Shown piece after piece: positions 49,009 to 58,250 of a DNA stretch of 64,000 nt (its first letter is position 1; every line of letters begins with the position of its first letter). A model generated the notes under the pieces. The model saw only the letters and a program-made list of their open reading frames with translations. It did not search any database and was not told the origin of the DNA. Origin of the DNA: Alkalispirochaeta sp. (GTDB taxonomy: Bacteria > Spirochaetota > Spirochaetia > DSM-27196 > Alkalispirochaetaceae); the NCBI GenBank assembly GCA_965601925.1, contig OZ271854.1:3552001-3616000 (forward strand), read 5' to 3'. The translations under genes and the position numbers were made by a program.

Positions 49009-49037
49009 ATGATAAGGAAAAGAAAAGAATTACGCAA
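49009..49037 (-). promoter_or_regulatory. Promoter of the DeoR-dehydrogenase operon
   Basis: TTGCGT-N17-TATCAT with TTTC repeats in the spacer. Confidence 0.55.
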
Positions 49038-49143
49038 GATATATTTATGAATCACGAGTACACGCGGAACGACGCGCGTCCATCGTACCCAGAGCAGAGG
49101 TGCGGTACGTCGGTATCCGGCGCAGCTTCGGAGGACGGTGTAT

Positions 49144-50433
49144 TTACCGCGCGGTTCGGGCTACGCGCATGAGAAGCAGCGCGGCGAGGCCTGAGGCGGC
49201 AGAGGTTGCGAGCCACACGGTACGCGTGGTGGTTGTTTGGATTAGAGCGCCGGCGAGAATGGGGCTCAACATCGAACCCGCGGAAAATATCGCCGGCAGC
49301 GCGCTCACGTATCGACCGCGCATCGAAGCCGGAGCGCGGGAGACGATAAAAACGCTGATGTGGATAGCGTTGAGAATCTCTCCGATCGTCCACACGACCG
49401 TGGAGAGGAGGTACAAAGGATAGGTGTGTACCAGCGGAAGCATCCCGAAGCCGACGAGCATGCATACGGTACCGAGAATGATACTTCGAATGGCGGTCAG
49501 ACGCTTGGTAACCGCGGTAAGGATGGGCGTGAGGACGATAACCACACCGGCGTTAAGAGCCATGATCGTCGCGAACCGCGAGGTACCGGCGGCGCCGAAG
49601 TCCTCGATGAGCTGTAGGGGGAGGGCAAAGTCGTGTTGCGCATAGGTCAGCTGTGCCAGAATCGCCGCTACGACAAACAATAGGATCGAACGATCGCCGA
49701 GGAACGTAGAGAGGAAGCGTCCCCCGGTTGCGCCGTCGACGCGCGATTCGGCGGCCGGTGGGTCGGGATCGTCGTCGGCGGTGCGAGCGGCAACGGCCCG
49801 TCCGCGACCGACGAACACGGACGCCAGCGCGCCGGTTCCGACGAGTACGACCGCAGCCGACAGCACCGAACTCACCGCATCTCCGCCGAATACGAGACGC
49901 GGATTGGTGGCGAAGAGCCAACCGGCGGCGATGGGAGCGGCGATGTAGCCGATGTTATGCACGAGATACAACAACGAGAAGGCTACTGCGTGGTGCTCCG
50001 GATCGGTCTCTTCCCCGGCGATTGAGGCCATTGACGGGCGCCACGCACCGTGAAAAAAGTAGCCCGCTACCAAGGCTATGCCGACTATGTGTTCCACCTC
50101 GGTCACGGAGCCGACGGCAAAGGCGAGAGCGTTAAGAAGCAACGTCCCACCCAAAATCCACACTTTGGACCAACGATCCAGGAGCGCACCGGCGCCGATC
50201 GTGCCCGCTAAGAACGCGGCGCGACACGCAAAGAGCCATATCCCCGCCTCGACGGGGCTCATCCCCAAGTGTTGAATCAACAGCGGCGTGGCGAGAAGCA
50301 CTACGAAGCTGCCCATGGAGTTGAGAAGCCGGCCGAAGGCGACGATCAGTACCGTCGGCGGCAAACGAAGGTAGTCTCTCAGAATGGTAACCATGCTACG
50401 GCGTCCGCCTCCAACGTTTGTATCTTCCGACAT
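49144..50433 (-). CDS. MFS transporter
   Basis: ~12 TM helices, motif A G.LLDRW, RGRY in the C-half; start may be 50394. Confidence 0.88.
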   Translation of the reverse strand: MSEDTNVGGGRRSMVTILRDYLRLPPTVLIVAFGRLLNSMGSFVVLLATPLLIQHLGMSPVEAGIWLFACRAAFLAGTIGAGALLDRWSKVWILGGTLLLNALAFAVGSVTEVEHIVGIALVAGYFFHGAWRPSMASIAGEETDPEHHAVAFSLLYLVHNIGYIAAPIAAGWLFATNPRLVFGGDAVSSVLSAAVVLVGTGALASVFVGRGRAVAARTADDDPDPPAAESRVDGATGGRFLSTFLGDRSILLFVVAAILAQLTYAQHDFALPLQLIEDFGAAGTSRFATIMALNAGVVIVLTPILTAVTKRLTAIRSIILGTVCMLVGFGMLPLVHTYPLYLLSTVVWTIGEILNAIHISVFIVSRAPASMRGRYVSALPAIFSAGSMLSPILAGALIQTTTTRTVWLATSAASGLAALLLMRVARTAR

Positions 50434-50605
50434 ATGTTCCACGATTTCGTAATCGTGAAATCGTAAGGAATGTATACTTGGACTGAGCCGCAGGTCAACA
50501 CGAGATAAGAGAAATCGAACGAATGCAACGATATGTTGCGCGACGCCGTTCCAAAGACGGTACGTCGCACTGTTTTTCCATCCCGAAGATGAGTAGGATA
50601 AGGGT

Positions 50606-51388
50606 ATGGAGCGCATGAGATGTCTGCACGCCGCGACCCGTATCGCGACGATGATCGGAGCGATCGTCGTCCTCGGCGCGTGCGACTGGGATTTGATAGG
50701 AGAGTCGGAAGAGTACGAGGAGGCCGAGGTGATGTTCTATAACGCCGTCGGTTCGTACGGTGAGGAGGCCGCGATAGACGTCGCCGTTTCGTATCACGAC
50801 GACGATGATAGTTTCTTTCTCCTGACCGAGATCGACTATGCCGAACGGGGCGGCTACTACGGGCTTATCGCCGACACGCGAGAGTTTCGCATATACGAGG
50901 ACGGCACCGATCGCGAGCTTACGCGCGGAACCGTCGAGTTAACCGCGGATGAGTACTACAGCGTCATCGCCTACTCGCGAGATCTTTCGGTGGAAGGTCA
51001 GTTGCTGATCGTCCGGGACGGACCTCCGGAGGACGGATCCAACCTGCCCATGGTTCGCGTGGCCTACGTCCCCGGGGACGTCGACGCGGCGACCGCTGAG
51101 TTTGCGATCAATACCGGATCCGGCGGCACACCCGTTTGGAGCGTCTTCGACGGGCTGGATGATCTGGACCGCGGCGAGGTGACGCAGTACGTCGCGTTAG
51201 ATAGCGGAACGTTCGAAGTGGAATTACGGGAGGTCGATGGGGGCGCGGTCCTCGCCGCCCAGAGTGCTACGATTGATACGGGGTTACACTACATGATCAT
51301 CGTATCGGGCTATATCGATGCGACCCGATTTCGAAGCGGCGGCAACGCCGACAATCCGGAACTCCGAATCGACGTGTATCGCGAGTAG
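50606..51388 (+). CDS. Lipoprotein, DUF4397-like beta-sandwich repeats
   Basis: Lipobox VLGAC; two repeats ending 'L....YYSVIA' and 'I..G.HYMIIVSG'. Confidence 0.65.
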   Translation: MERMRCLHAATRIATMIGAIVVLGACDWDLIGESEEYEEAEVMFYNAVGSYGEEAAIDVAVSYHDDDDSFFLLTEIDYAERGGYYGLIADTREFRIYEDGTDRELTRGTVELTADEYYSVIAYSRDLSVEGQLLIVRDGPPEDGSNLPMVRVAYVPGDVDAATAEFAINTGSGGTPVWSVFDGLDDLDRGEVTQYVALDSGTFEVELREVDGGAVLAAQSATIDTGLHYMIIVSGYIDATRFRSGGNADNPELRIDVYRE

Positions 51389-51405
51389 CGCCGCCGATAG
51401 CCGCC

Positions 51406-52713
51406 TTACGCGCCTACGTCGCCGGCGTACGTGTCGGCCGCCACAGGGGTGCGGATGATCCAGGTGGTAAACGGATTGCGGCACAGCGAAAGCGTCGCGT
51501 TAATCTGGTCCGCGAGGGCCTTCACGATACGCAGTCCGCCGGAATCGAGTCTGTCGATCTCGACCGACTCGGGGATGCCGATACCGTGGTCTTCCACCGT
51601 AGCCGTGAGCCACCCCTCCTGATACGTGAGAAAAACCCAGATCGGACGTTCGGGCAGATCCTCCGCATAGGCGTGCTGAACGACATTGGAGAAGAGTTCG
51701 TTAATGATGAGGCCCAGGGGAATCGCAACATCCATCTCCACCGCGATGCCCTTGATGGCGTCTGTTTCGATATAGAGCGAGGTTATGAGTCCGCTGCGGA
51801 GATAACTCTCGGTAATCGCCCTGACAAATTGTTCGACACCGACAATAGAGACCCCGTCGCTGTCGTGAAACATCTCATGCGTTTTCGCCATCGTCCGTAC
51901 CCTCCGCTCGGCCTCGTCGAGAATCTCGTCGACCGACTTTTCCGTATCTTGTTTTCCCCGTTGCAGGGACAGCAGACTTGCCACGATTTGTAAATTGTTT
52001 TTGGTGCGATGATGGATCTCTTTAAGCAGCATTGCGTTGCGGCGTTGTAACGCTTCGGACTGCTCTAGAGCTTTCGCCAACGCCTCGGTTCGGAGGCGAA
52101 TTTGTTCTTCGAGGTGTGCTTTGCGGTGTTTTATCTCTTGCCACGCCGCGTTTCCTATGGCCCAAAAAATGACACAAATCATTGTTGCGCCAGTGATCCA
52201 AAGCAAGATAAAAACCGTAGGTTGATCTGTCCATCGACCGATACTAATGACCACGGCCGTGAAGTACGACAGGAACACGGGACCAAGAGTTAGAATTGGA
52301 CGGCCGGTGAACTTGTCGTAAGCTAGTCCGAGCGCCAGTCCGATACCAAGAAAAAGTAGACTGGTCAGATCCCCTTGATCCGCTGTGATAGCCGAGGTAA
52401 ATGCAACAGCGAATGGGGCATATGTTTGAATCCATTGGGCTAATGGATTTCTAGAAAAGGCAGTGTAGAAACCAACAGATATCCAAATTGAAGTGAACCA
52501 AACGTTGTAGTGGCGTAATGCTTCAAGATGAGATTGTTCGAAGACAGTCGTTAGGTAGTAAAAAGAAAGCGACACGGAACCGATCGACCCCATCGCAATC
52601 GCAAGTCCAACTGTTTTCTGGAGCTTGCGCACTACCGCATTTGTCGATGACTGCGTGTATATGATTGCTTCGTCGAGCGGTGACTTTGCTAAGTCACCGC
52701 TATCGTTCTTCAA
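51406..52713 (-). CDS. Membrane sensor histidine kinase (HisKA_2 type)
   Basis: 5-6 N-terminal TM helices, coiled coil, LLKEIHHRTKNNLQIVASLL, LIINEL.SN..QHA, D.GIG, GL.IV..L; TTG start 1 bp after the upstream stop. Confidence 0.9.
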   Translation of the reverse strand: MKNDSGDLAKSPLDEAIIYTQSSTNAVVRKLQKTVGLAIAMGSIGSVSLSFYYLTTVFEQSHLEALRHYNVWFTSIWISVGFYTAFSRNPLAQWIQTYAPFAVAFTSAITADQGDLTSLLFLGIGLALGLAYDKFTGRPILTLGPVFLSYFTAVVISIGRWTDQPTVFILLWITGATMICVIFWAIGNAAWQEIKHRKAHLEEQIRLRTEALAKALEQSEALQRRNAMLLKEIHHRTKNNLQIVASLLSLQRGKQDTEKSVDEILDEAERRVRTMAKTHEMFHDSDGVSIVGVEQFVRAITESYLRSGLITSLYIETDAIKGIAVEMDVAIPLGLIINELFSNVVQHAYAEDLPERPIWVFLTYQEGWLTATVEDHGIGIPESVEIDRLDSGGLRIVKALADQINATLSLCRNPFTTWIIRTPVAADTYAGDVGA

Positions 52714-52714
52714 A

Positions 52715-53278
52715 TCAATCGCCTCCCCAGGGGCCCCTGACTATCGGGCCTATTTCATCGTATTTGTCTACGGCTACCGTACAACCAGCCTCAATCCGGC
52801 GTATCAGTTCCGTGCGAACGGCCTCGTAGTCGAACGCGCCGGAAGCGACGGGATTGTATTTACCCAAAGCGGCATCGATTTGAACGTCGCGCTTGTAATC
52901 ATCAAGCATATTGAGTGCGAGCAACGCCATCCCCCGGTCGATAACCGCCGCGTCGCCGCCGCGAAAGTTCATGATCAGCCGTAGCCGGTCGAGGATATCG
53001 CCGTCGTCGGTGGTATCGGCGTTGAAGAAGGGCTTGGTCTCGCGGATCGAGAGTAGGTATGTGCCGAGGTGCGCTACGGCGGTACGGGCGGGCTGATCGC
53101 ATCCGGCGAGAAAGGGAATCGCCGCGATGAGCTTGGCAACCGGCTTCTTCCGGAGCCACTCGAGCTCCTTCGTATCCATGCGAAAGGCGCTACCGACAGC
53201 CTCTGCGATCTCCGGCCACTGTTCCGAGAAGCCGCGCGACGATTGAACAACGGTGTTGGTGGAAGCGTGATGTGACAT
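52715..53278 (-). CDS. Hypothetical all-alpha protein with Asp-rich motifs and C-terminal Trp peptide
   Basis: GGAGG RBS; 187 aa; DTTDDGD and DDYKRDVQID..LGKYN motifs; ends GPIVRGPWGGD. Confidence 0.8.
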   Translation of the reverse strand: MSHHASTNTVVQSSRGFSEQWPEIAEAVGSAFRMDTKELEWLRKKPVAKLIAAIPFLAGCDQPARTAVAHLGTYLLSIRETKPFFNADTTDDGDILDRLRLIMNFRGGDAAVIDRGMALLALNMLDDYKRDVQIDAALGKYNPVASGAFDYEAVRTELIRRIEAGCTVAVDKYDEIGPIVRGPWGGD

Positions 53279-53344
53279 TGAGTAAATACCTCCGGAAAGC
53301 AATGATGTAGTGTGGTGAGAAACTTTGATGATAAACGCGATCTA

Positions 53345-53373
53345 ACAGTAATAGACGTAGCTGGCCAAGTCAA
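53345..53373 (-). promoter_or_regulatory. Putative sigma70 promoter of the 53278-51406 operon
   Basis: TTGACT-N17-TACTGT in an AT-rich intergenic region. Confidence 0.5.
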
Positions 53374-53526
53374 TGAGAAATAGTAGCATTGGATACCCGT
53401 TATGGATATTCATAATTGTGTGGACTCACGACGTGTGCGATTGTCTATCGTGCGATATCGATCTTTGTGATACGGTAGTATAGATTCCAACGTGTGGGTT
53501 GCGTAGGAAACCAGGGAAAAGTGCAG

Positions 53527-54075
53527 ATGAACATGGCGAAGGTCCCATACGGAGCGATCATTGGAGTCGTCCTCTTGATCGCATCGGCCGGGTGCGACAC
53601 GGGAAACGATGGGAACGGTGGATCGGCTTACGAGTTCATCGAGCGCGAGCTCCAGGGTGTGCACTCAGCAACGGCGTGGGTACTCGCTTCGGGATACGCC
53701 GAGGATTGGGTGGGAGCACAGTGGTCAATTCGGCTGTATGATATCGAGCCGACCGACGGGATCGATCCGTGGGCTCTCGGCGCGTATCCGTTTAGTGGGT
53801 ATCGCAACGTCTTTTTCGATGTTCCCAAAGAACCCGACACCGGTTTGTACGAGTTGAGCTTCAGTTTTTCCGACGACGACTTCACGGTGACCTTTTACGA
53901 TCCGGCGGAAAATCTGAACGTGATTGCGGACGAAGGTGCGGTTGAGATACTCGAAATCGACACCGTCGGCGGCACGATCCGCGGGCGTATGCACGTCTGG
54001 GCAAGCGCCGACCGCTCCGGGTACACGATAAACGGCAACTTCTCGGTTTCCATCAACCCCGACGATCTTCCGTAG
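53527..54075 (+). CDS. Hypothetical lipoprotein
   Basis: Hydrophobic signal followed by SAGC lipobox; beta-rich acidic body. Confidence 0.7.
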   Translation: MNMAKVPYGAIIGVVLLIASAGCDTGNDGNGGSAYEFIERELQGVHSATAWVLASGYAEDWVGAQWSIRLYDIEPTDGIDPWALGAYPFSGYRNVFFDVPKEPDTGLYELSFSFSDDDFTVTFYDPAENLNVIADEGAVEILEIDTVGGTIRGRMHVWASADRSGYTINGNFSVSINPDDLP

Positions 54076-54434
54076 CGACCGTTATTACACGGCGCTCTCT
54101 ACCGGTCCGTGCATCATAGTCGATAGACGCCTGTCCCCGTTCTTTGTCGCGCGCCGTTGCGTAATCACCGGATCGGCGCATCGCGCAAACGAGCGCGAGG
54201 GATTGGCGGGAGCGTGAAGCGCGTCTCGCGGACGGCGAGACCGGAGTGGCGCACGGCGTTCGCATATCGCGGCCTCCCGGGCGGAGTGTGAATTGAGTAG
54301 ACCGCCGGTTCAGCCGCGGAGCCTTGGAAAGCCCGGTCCCCGCCTCCCCGCGATCTCGGCATACGGCTTACCGTGGCGGGAACGCTGCGGCCGTCGGGCC
54401 GGCCGCACGAGAAGAAGGACGGGGAAGAGCCGCG

Positions 54435-56075
54435 CTATTCCTTCGCGCTCTCCCTCACCACGGCGTTGTAGTAGAACTCGATCGAATCGATGAGCGCCTC
54501 CCAACTCGCCTCGACGATGTTCTCGTTGACGCCCACGGTATCCCAGCTCCGTTCGTGGTCGCTGAAGGTGACGAAGACGCGTACTTTGGCTCCGGCGCCG
54601 CTCTCCGGGTTGAGGACGCGGACGCGATAGTCGGTGAGGGTAATCTTTTCGAGCCACGGAAAGACCGGTGCCAGCGCATCGCGCAGTGCGTGGTCGAGCG
54701 TGTCTACCGGTCCCACACAGACCGCGGCGCCCATGAGCTCGCGCTCGTCGGACCGCAAGAAGATCCTGCCGACCGTCTTTGAGGGTGCGTCGGCGCTCTT
54801 ATAACTCTCCAGGTGGTAGTTTCTGAGCGCTACGAGGGGCGTGTAGAGTTTGAGGGCGCGGCGGACTAACAGATCGAAGCTCGCTTCGGCCGCCTCGTAC
54901 TCGTACCCGTCGTTTTCCTTTTGCTTGAGGAGCATGGTCAGCTCGTCGACCACCGCCGAGCTCTTCGTGAAGTCGCCGTACTCGCGCAGTTTCTCCACGA
55001 CCGTTGATTTGCCGGCGAGCTCCGAGAGTACGATGTGGCGCTCGTTACCCACCAAGCTTCCGTCGATATGCTCCATGAGGTGGGCCGCCTTCGTGATGAC
55101 GTCGGCGTGCTGTCCCGCCTTATGGCTGAACGCCGCGTCACCGACGTACGGCTGGCGCCGGTCGGGGATGATGTTGGCCTTCTCCGCGACGAACCGCGAG
55201 AGGTGGGTGAGGTGACTCACTTGATCCCGACAGTGAACGCGATAGCGCGTCTTGAGGGCGATGTTGGGAATGAAGGTGCATAGGTTGGCGTTGCCGCAGC
55301 GCTCGCCCCATCCGTTGATCGTGCCTTGAATGTGCATCGCACCGCCGTCGACGGCGACCATGCTGTTGGCGACCGCTACACCGCAATCGTTGTGGAAGTG
55401 ACCGCCCAAGGGGGCAAGGTCGGCTTGGGGCAGTCCCTCGACGATCCCGGCGACCTCTTGGGGGAGCGTGCCGCCGTTGGTGTCGCAGAGGATCAGGCAA
55501 TCGGCCCCCGCTTCGCTTCCCGCTTGAAGCACGCGTAGCGCGTAGGCCGGATCGTCCTTGTAACCGTCGAAAAAGTGTTCCAGATCGAAAAAAACCTCGC
55601 GATCCTGAGACTTCAAAAAGCGGATCGAGTCGTAGATCATGCGGAGGTTCTCCTCCTCGTCGGTTCTGAGCACCTTGTCGACGTGCGCTTTCCACGTTTT
55701 ACCGACTACGATGACCGTCGGGGTCTCGGCGTCCAACAGTGCGCGGATCATGGGGTCGGTATGCGCCTCTCCTCCCGGTTTGCGGGTCGAGCCGAACGCG
55801 ACTACTCGGGCGTGATGGAGCGTTTCGGTGCGCATCTGCTTGAAGAATGCCGCCTCTTTCTCATTTGAGAGGGGGAACCCGCCTTCGATGTAATCGATCT
55901 TCATGTCGTCGAGGGCGTGGGCGATCTTGATTTTGTCGTCGAGCGTATAGTTGACCTGGATCCCCTGCATCCCGTCGCGTAGCGTCGTGTCGTACACAAC
56001 GATCGTTCGCCCCTCGTCGCCGACCGACGGGACTGCGTCGCCCCGCGCTCCGCTCGCTGCTTTTCGGTTACTCAT
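54435..56075 (-). CDS. cimA: Citramalate synthase
   Basis: YDTTLRDG.Q, YIEGG, AFGST, EHFFDG, LCDTNGG, HFHND, GTING.GERCGNANL, SELAGK, regulatory domain GPV..LD.ALR. Confidence 0.92.
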   Translation of the reverse strand: MSNRKAASGARGDAVPSVGDEGRTIVVYDTTLRDGMQGIQVNYTLDDKIKIAHALDDMKIDYIEGGFPLSNEKEAAFFKQMRTETLHHARVVAFGSTRKPGGEAHTDPMIRALLDAETPTVIVVGKTWKAHVDKVLRTDEEENLRMIYDSIRFLKSQDREVFFDLEHFFDGYKDDPAYALRVLQAGSEAGADCLILCDTNGGTLPQEVAGIVEGLPQADLAPLGGHFHNDCGVAVANSMVAVDGGAMHIQGTINGWGERCGNANLCTFIPNIALKTRYRVHCRDQVSHLTHLSRFVAEKANIIPDRRQPYVGDAAFSHKAGQHADVITKAAHLMEHIDGSLVGNERHIVLSELAGKSTVVEKLREYGDFTKSSAVVDELTMLLKQKENDGYEYEAAEASFDLLVRRALKLYTPLVALRNYHLESYKSADAPSKTVGRIFLRSDERELMGAAVCVGPVDTLDHALRDALAPVFPWLEKITLTDYRVRVLNPESGAGAKVRVFVTFSDHERSWDTVGVNENIVEASWEALIDSIEFYYNAVVRESAKE

Positions 56076-56131
56076 TGGTGGACCTCCTCCTCTTGTCTCT
56101 CTCTCGCCTGCGTCATCAAACCGTACGAGAT

Positions 56132-56167
56132 AAAAAAAAGCCGTCCTCCCTGCGGAAGGACGGCTTC
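56132..56167 (-). terminator. Attenuator terminator upstream of cimA
   Basis: AAGCCGTCCTTCC-GCA-GGGAGGACGGC-TTTTTTTT on minus strand. Confidence 0.88.
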
Positions 56168-56188
56168 TTCTCCGACTGTATGTACAGC

Positions 56189-56281
56189 CTATCCTTCCGT
56201 GTGCACGTATGGCGCTCCAATAATAATGAACAGGCCGAGAATGGTTATAATGATGAGTCTTACGGTCGGAAACATCCGCAT
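56189..56281 (-). CDS. Ile-rich leader peptide of cimA
   Basis: MRMFPTVRLIIITILGLFIIIGAPYVHTEG*; 7 Ile codons; followed by antiterminator/terminator. Confidence 0.85.
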   Translation of the reverse strand: MRMFPTVRLIIITILGLFIIIGAPYVHTEG

Positions 56282-56451
56282 ATCCGGAATAGAATCGGGA
56301 ATCGGACACGATATGTCAAGTCCGAATCGTCGCGAATCGGTGATTTGCCACCCTTTCTCCACGATTGCGATGGATGTTACGCCAAAAAGTGTGCCCGATC
56401 GCGACCATTTACACCAAATTGCCGCTTTTTCCGATATATTTGGATGTAGCT

Positions 56452-58176
56452 ATGGATCGTTCCGCCGTGTTTGATCGGTTGAGTGAACAGCTCGCCGACG
56501 AAGATCGCCGACATATGCTCGCCTCGATTCGAAAGTCGATGGAGAGCGAGGCGGCGCCCCTCGCCCCCGAGTCGGAACCCGATCCGCTACCGGTTGAGAA
56601 TCAAATCGAGTTGCTCGGATTCTGGAAGCGCTTTCTACTCATTCTTGCGCAACTGTTCATCGGCCGCGACCGGGAGGAGACGGTAAAGCAATGGATGCTT
56701 CGCGATCTCGAGCAGCAGATTCAAAGGACCGGAGGGGATGCGGTCGATGTCCGCCGCCGTGCCTTTCGCGAATCCTTTGCGGTCGATCTTGAGGCGCTCG
56801 CCGAGTGTTCGGCGGCTCTGGAGCCGGTGATGCGCAACGTTATCCGCCGGAGAACGGAACTCGTCTTGACTCTGGCGATGTACTTTTTCCCCGGGATTCA
56901 CCGTGAGCTGTTACATCGCACCGGCGAAGGCTACATCGCGTCCCTCAACGAGGAGAGCGAGCGGTATCTCAAGCGGCGCCTCTCGGATTATCTCGACGAT
57001 GCGATGAACGACATTCCCCCGGAACATCGCTCGGCCATGAGAAACGCCCTTGCTCAAGCGGACATGCTCATGCGCTTGCTTTCGTTCTCTTATCGTTCGA
57101 TGCTGAACTCCTTCGACGATATGGCCGATCCCACCGCCAGGCAGTGCGCATTTGACTATCTCAGTCGCAGTCTGGTCGATTTATACGAGACGCTTTCGGC
57201 GTTTCACGCTCCCCTCGATCTGACCTTGCTCGAAACGATCGTATTGTTTGCCAACGAAGACGAACGACGCGACGAGGGCCCGGTCGAAGAGGAGGAGTTT
57301 CAGGAAGCGGTGCGGTCGGGGTTGGAGGAACTGCTGGATGGGTTGCGAACGTTCCGTAGCTTTGCCGCTCGCTATCCGCTGCTCAAAGTGATTCGGCTTG
57401 TCCGCGAGGATCCGTGGTGGAACCACCACGTCGAGTCGGGCGGGGAGGATTGGTTCGCTCTGTATCGCGCCTTTTTCGTAGATCGCATCCAGCGGCAAGT
57501 CCTGCGCGTCTCCCTCCACAACCAGTTGCGCAAGTATCTCTCCGATCTCAGCGAGTTGTGCGGCCCGACGCTACGGCCGCTGGAAGGGTTGCCCGCCGGC
57601 GACATGGGAAGCCGGACCTACCACTGGTATCTCGGCCTTGCGCTCAGAACCTTCGTCTCCACCATCTGGACGTCGGTGTTACCCCATTTACGCATTATTC
57701 TCACCAGCGGAGAGTTCTATAAGAGTTCCAATCGCGCGCAGTTCAACGACGCCTACAACGAGTTTGAGCAAATTCCCGATCGCATTGAGAACCTCGAACG
57801 GAGCCTGGAGCCCGACCAAGCGTGGGGGATCGCCCTCAGTGGCGGACAGGACGCGATGCATCGCGAGAAGATGGCGCGGCGGATCGATCAGGAGCTACAG
57901 CAGATCGCCAAGGAGGCGCGTATCACACTCGAGTCTCTCGTCAATCTCTTGGGTGGTATTCTCTACGCACGGCCCGGTAGCTCCTACGACACCATCGCCA
58001 ATTTCGGCCAGATCGGCGGTAGGCGCAATGCAGAACTCGTCGACGAGCTGAAGGAGAGTCACCATCGCTTGGCCGGGTTCCTCGGCGTGATGGGCGAGAT
58101 CGACGCCGTTGAGCGACGCGCCATCGAACACAATATCAGTGTGGAACTGGGTCTCCGCTCTCCCACCGCGACATAA
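56452..58176 (+). CDS. Conserved spirochaete-type hypothetical protein (DUF5312-like)
   Basis: Long helical ORF, GGEDW and GEFYK..NR..F.DAY motifs; family name from recollection, not searched. Confidence 0.65.
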   Translation: MDRSAVFDRLSEQLADEDRRHMLASIRKSMESEAAPLAPESEPDPLPVENQIELLGFWKRFLLILAQLFIGRDREETVKQWMLRDLEQQIQRTGGDAVDVRRRAFRESFAVDLEALAECSAALEPVMRNVIRRRTELVLTLAMYFFPGIHRELLHRTGEGYIASLNEESERYLKRRLSDYLDDAMNDIPPEHRSAMRNALAQADMLMRLLSFSYRSMLNSFDDMADPTARQCAFDYLSRSLVDLYETLSAFHAPLDLTLLETIVLFANEDERRDEGPVEEEEFQEAVRSGLEELLDGLRTFRSFAARYPLLKVIRLVREDPWWNHHVESGGEDWFALYRAFFVDRIQRQVLRVSLHNQLRKYLSDLSELCGPTLRPLEGLPAGDMGSRTYHWYLGLALRTFVSTIWTSVLPHLRIILTSGEFYKSSNRAQFNDAYNEFEQIPDRIENLERSLEPDQAWGIALSGGQDAMHREKMARRIDQELQQIAKEARITLESLVNLLGGILYARPGSSYDTIANFGQIGGRRNAELVDELKESHHRLAGFLGVMGEIDAVERRAIEHNISVELGLRSPTAT

Positions 58177-58250
58177 CGCCGCGTCATCGGATCGATCGTT
58201 TACTCTAATGGGCTGACGAGGGGGCGCGTCATAGGCTATCGTGCCAGTCT

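Noticed and set aside
56076..56309. N-terminal extension of cimA in the ORF track
   Set aside because: The region is the attenuator; the RBS-supported start is 56075
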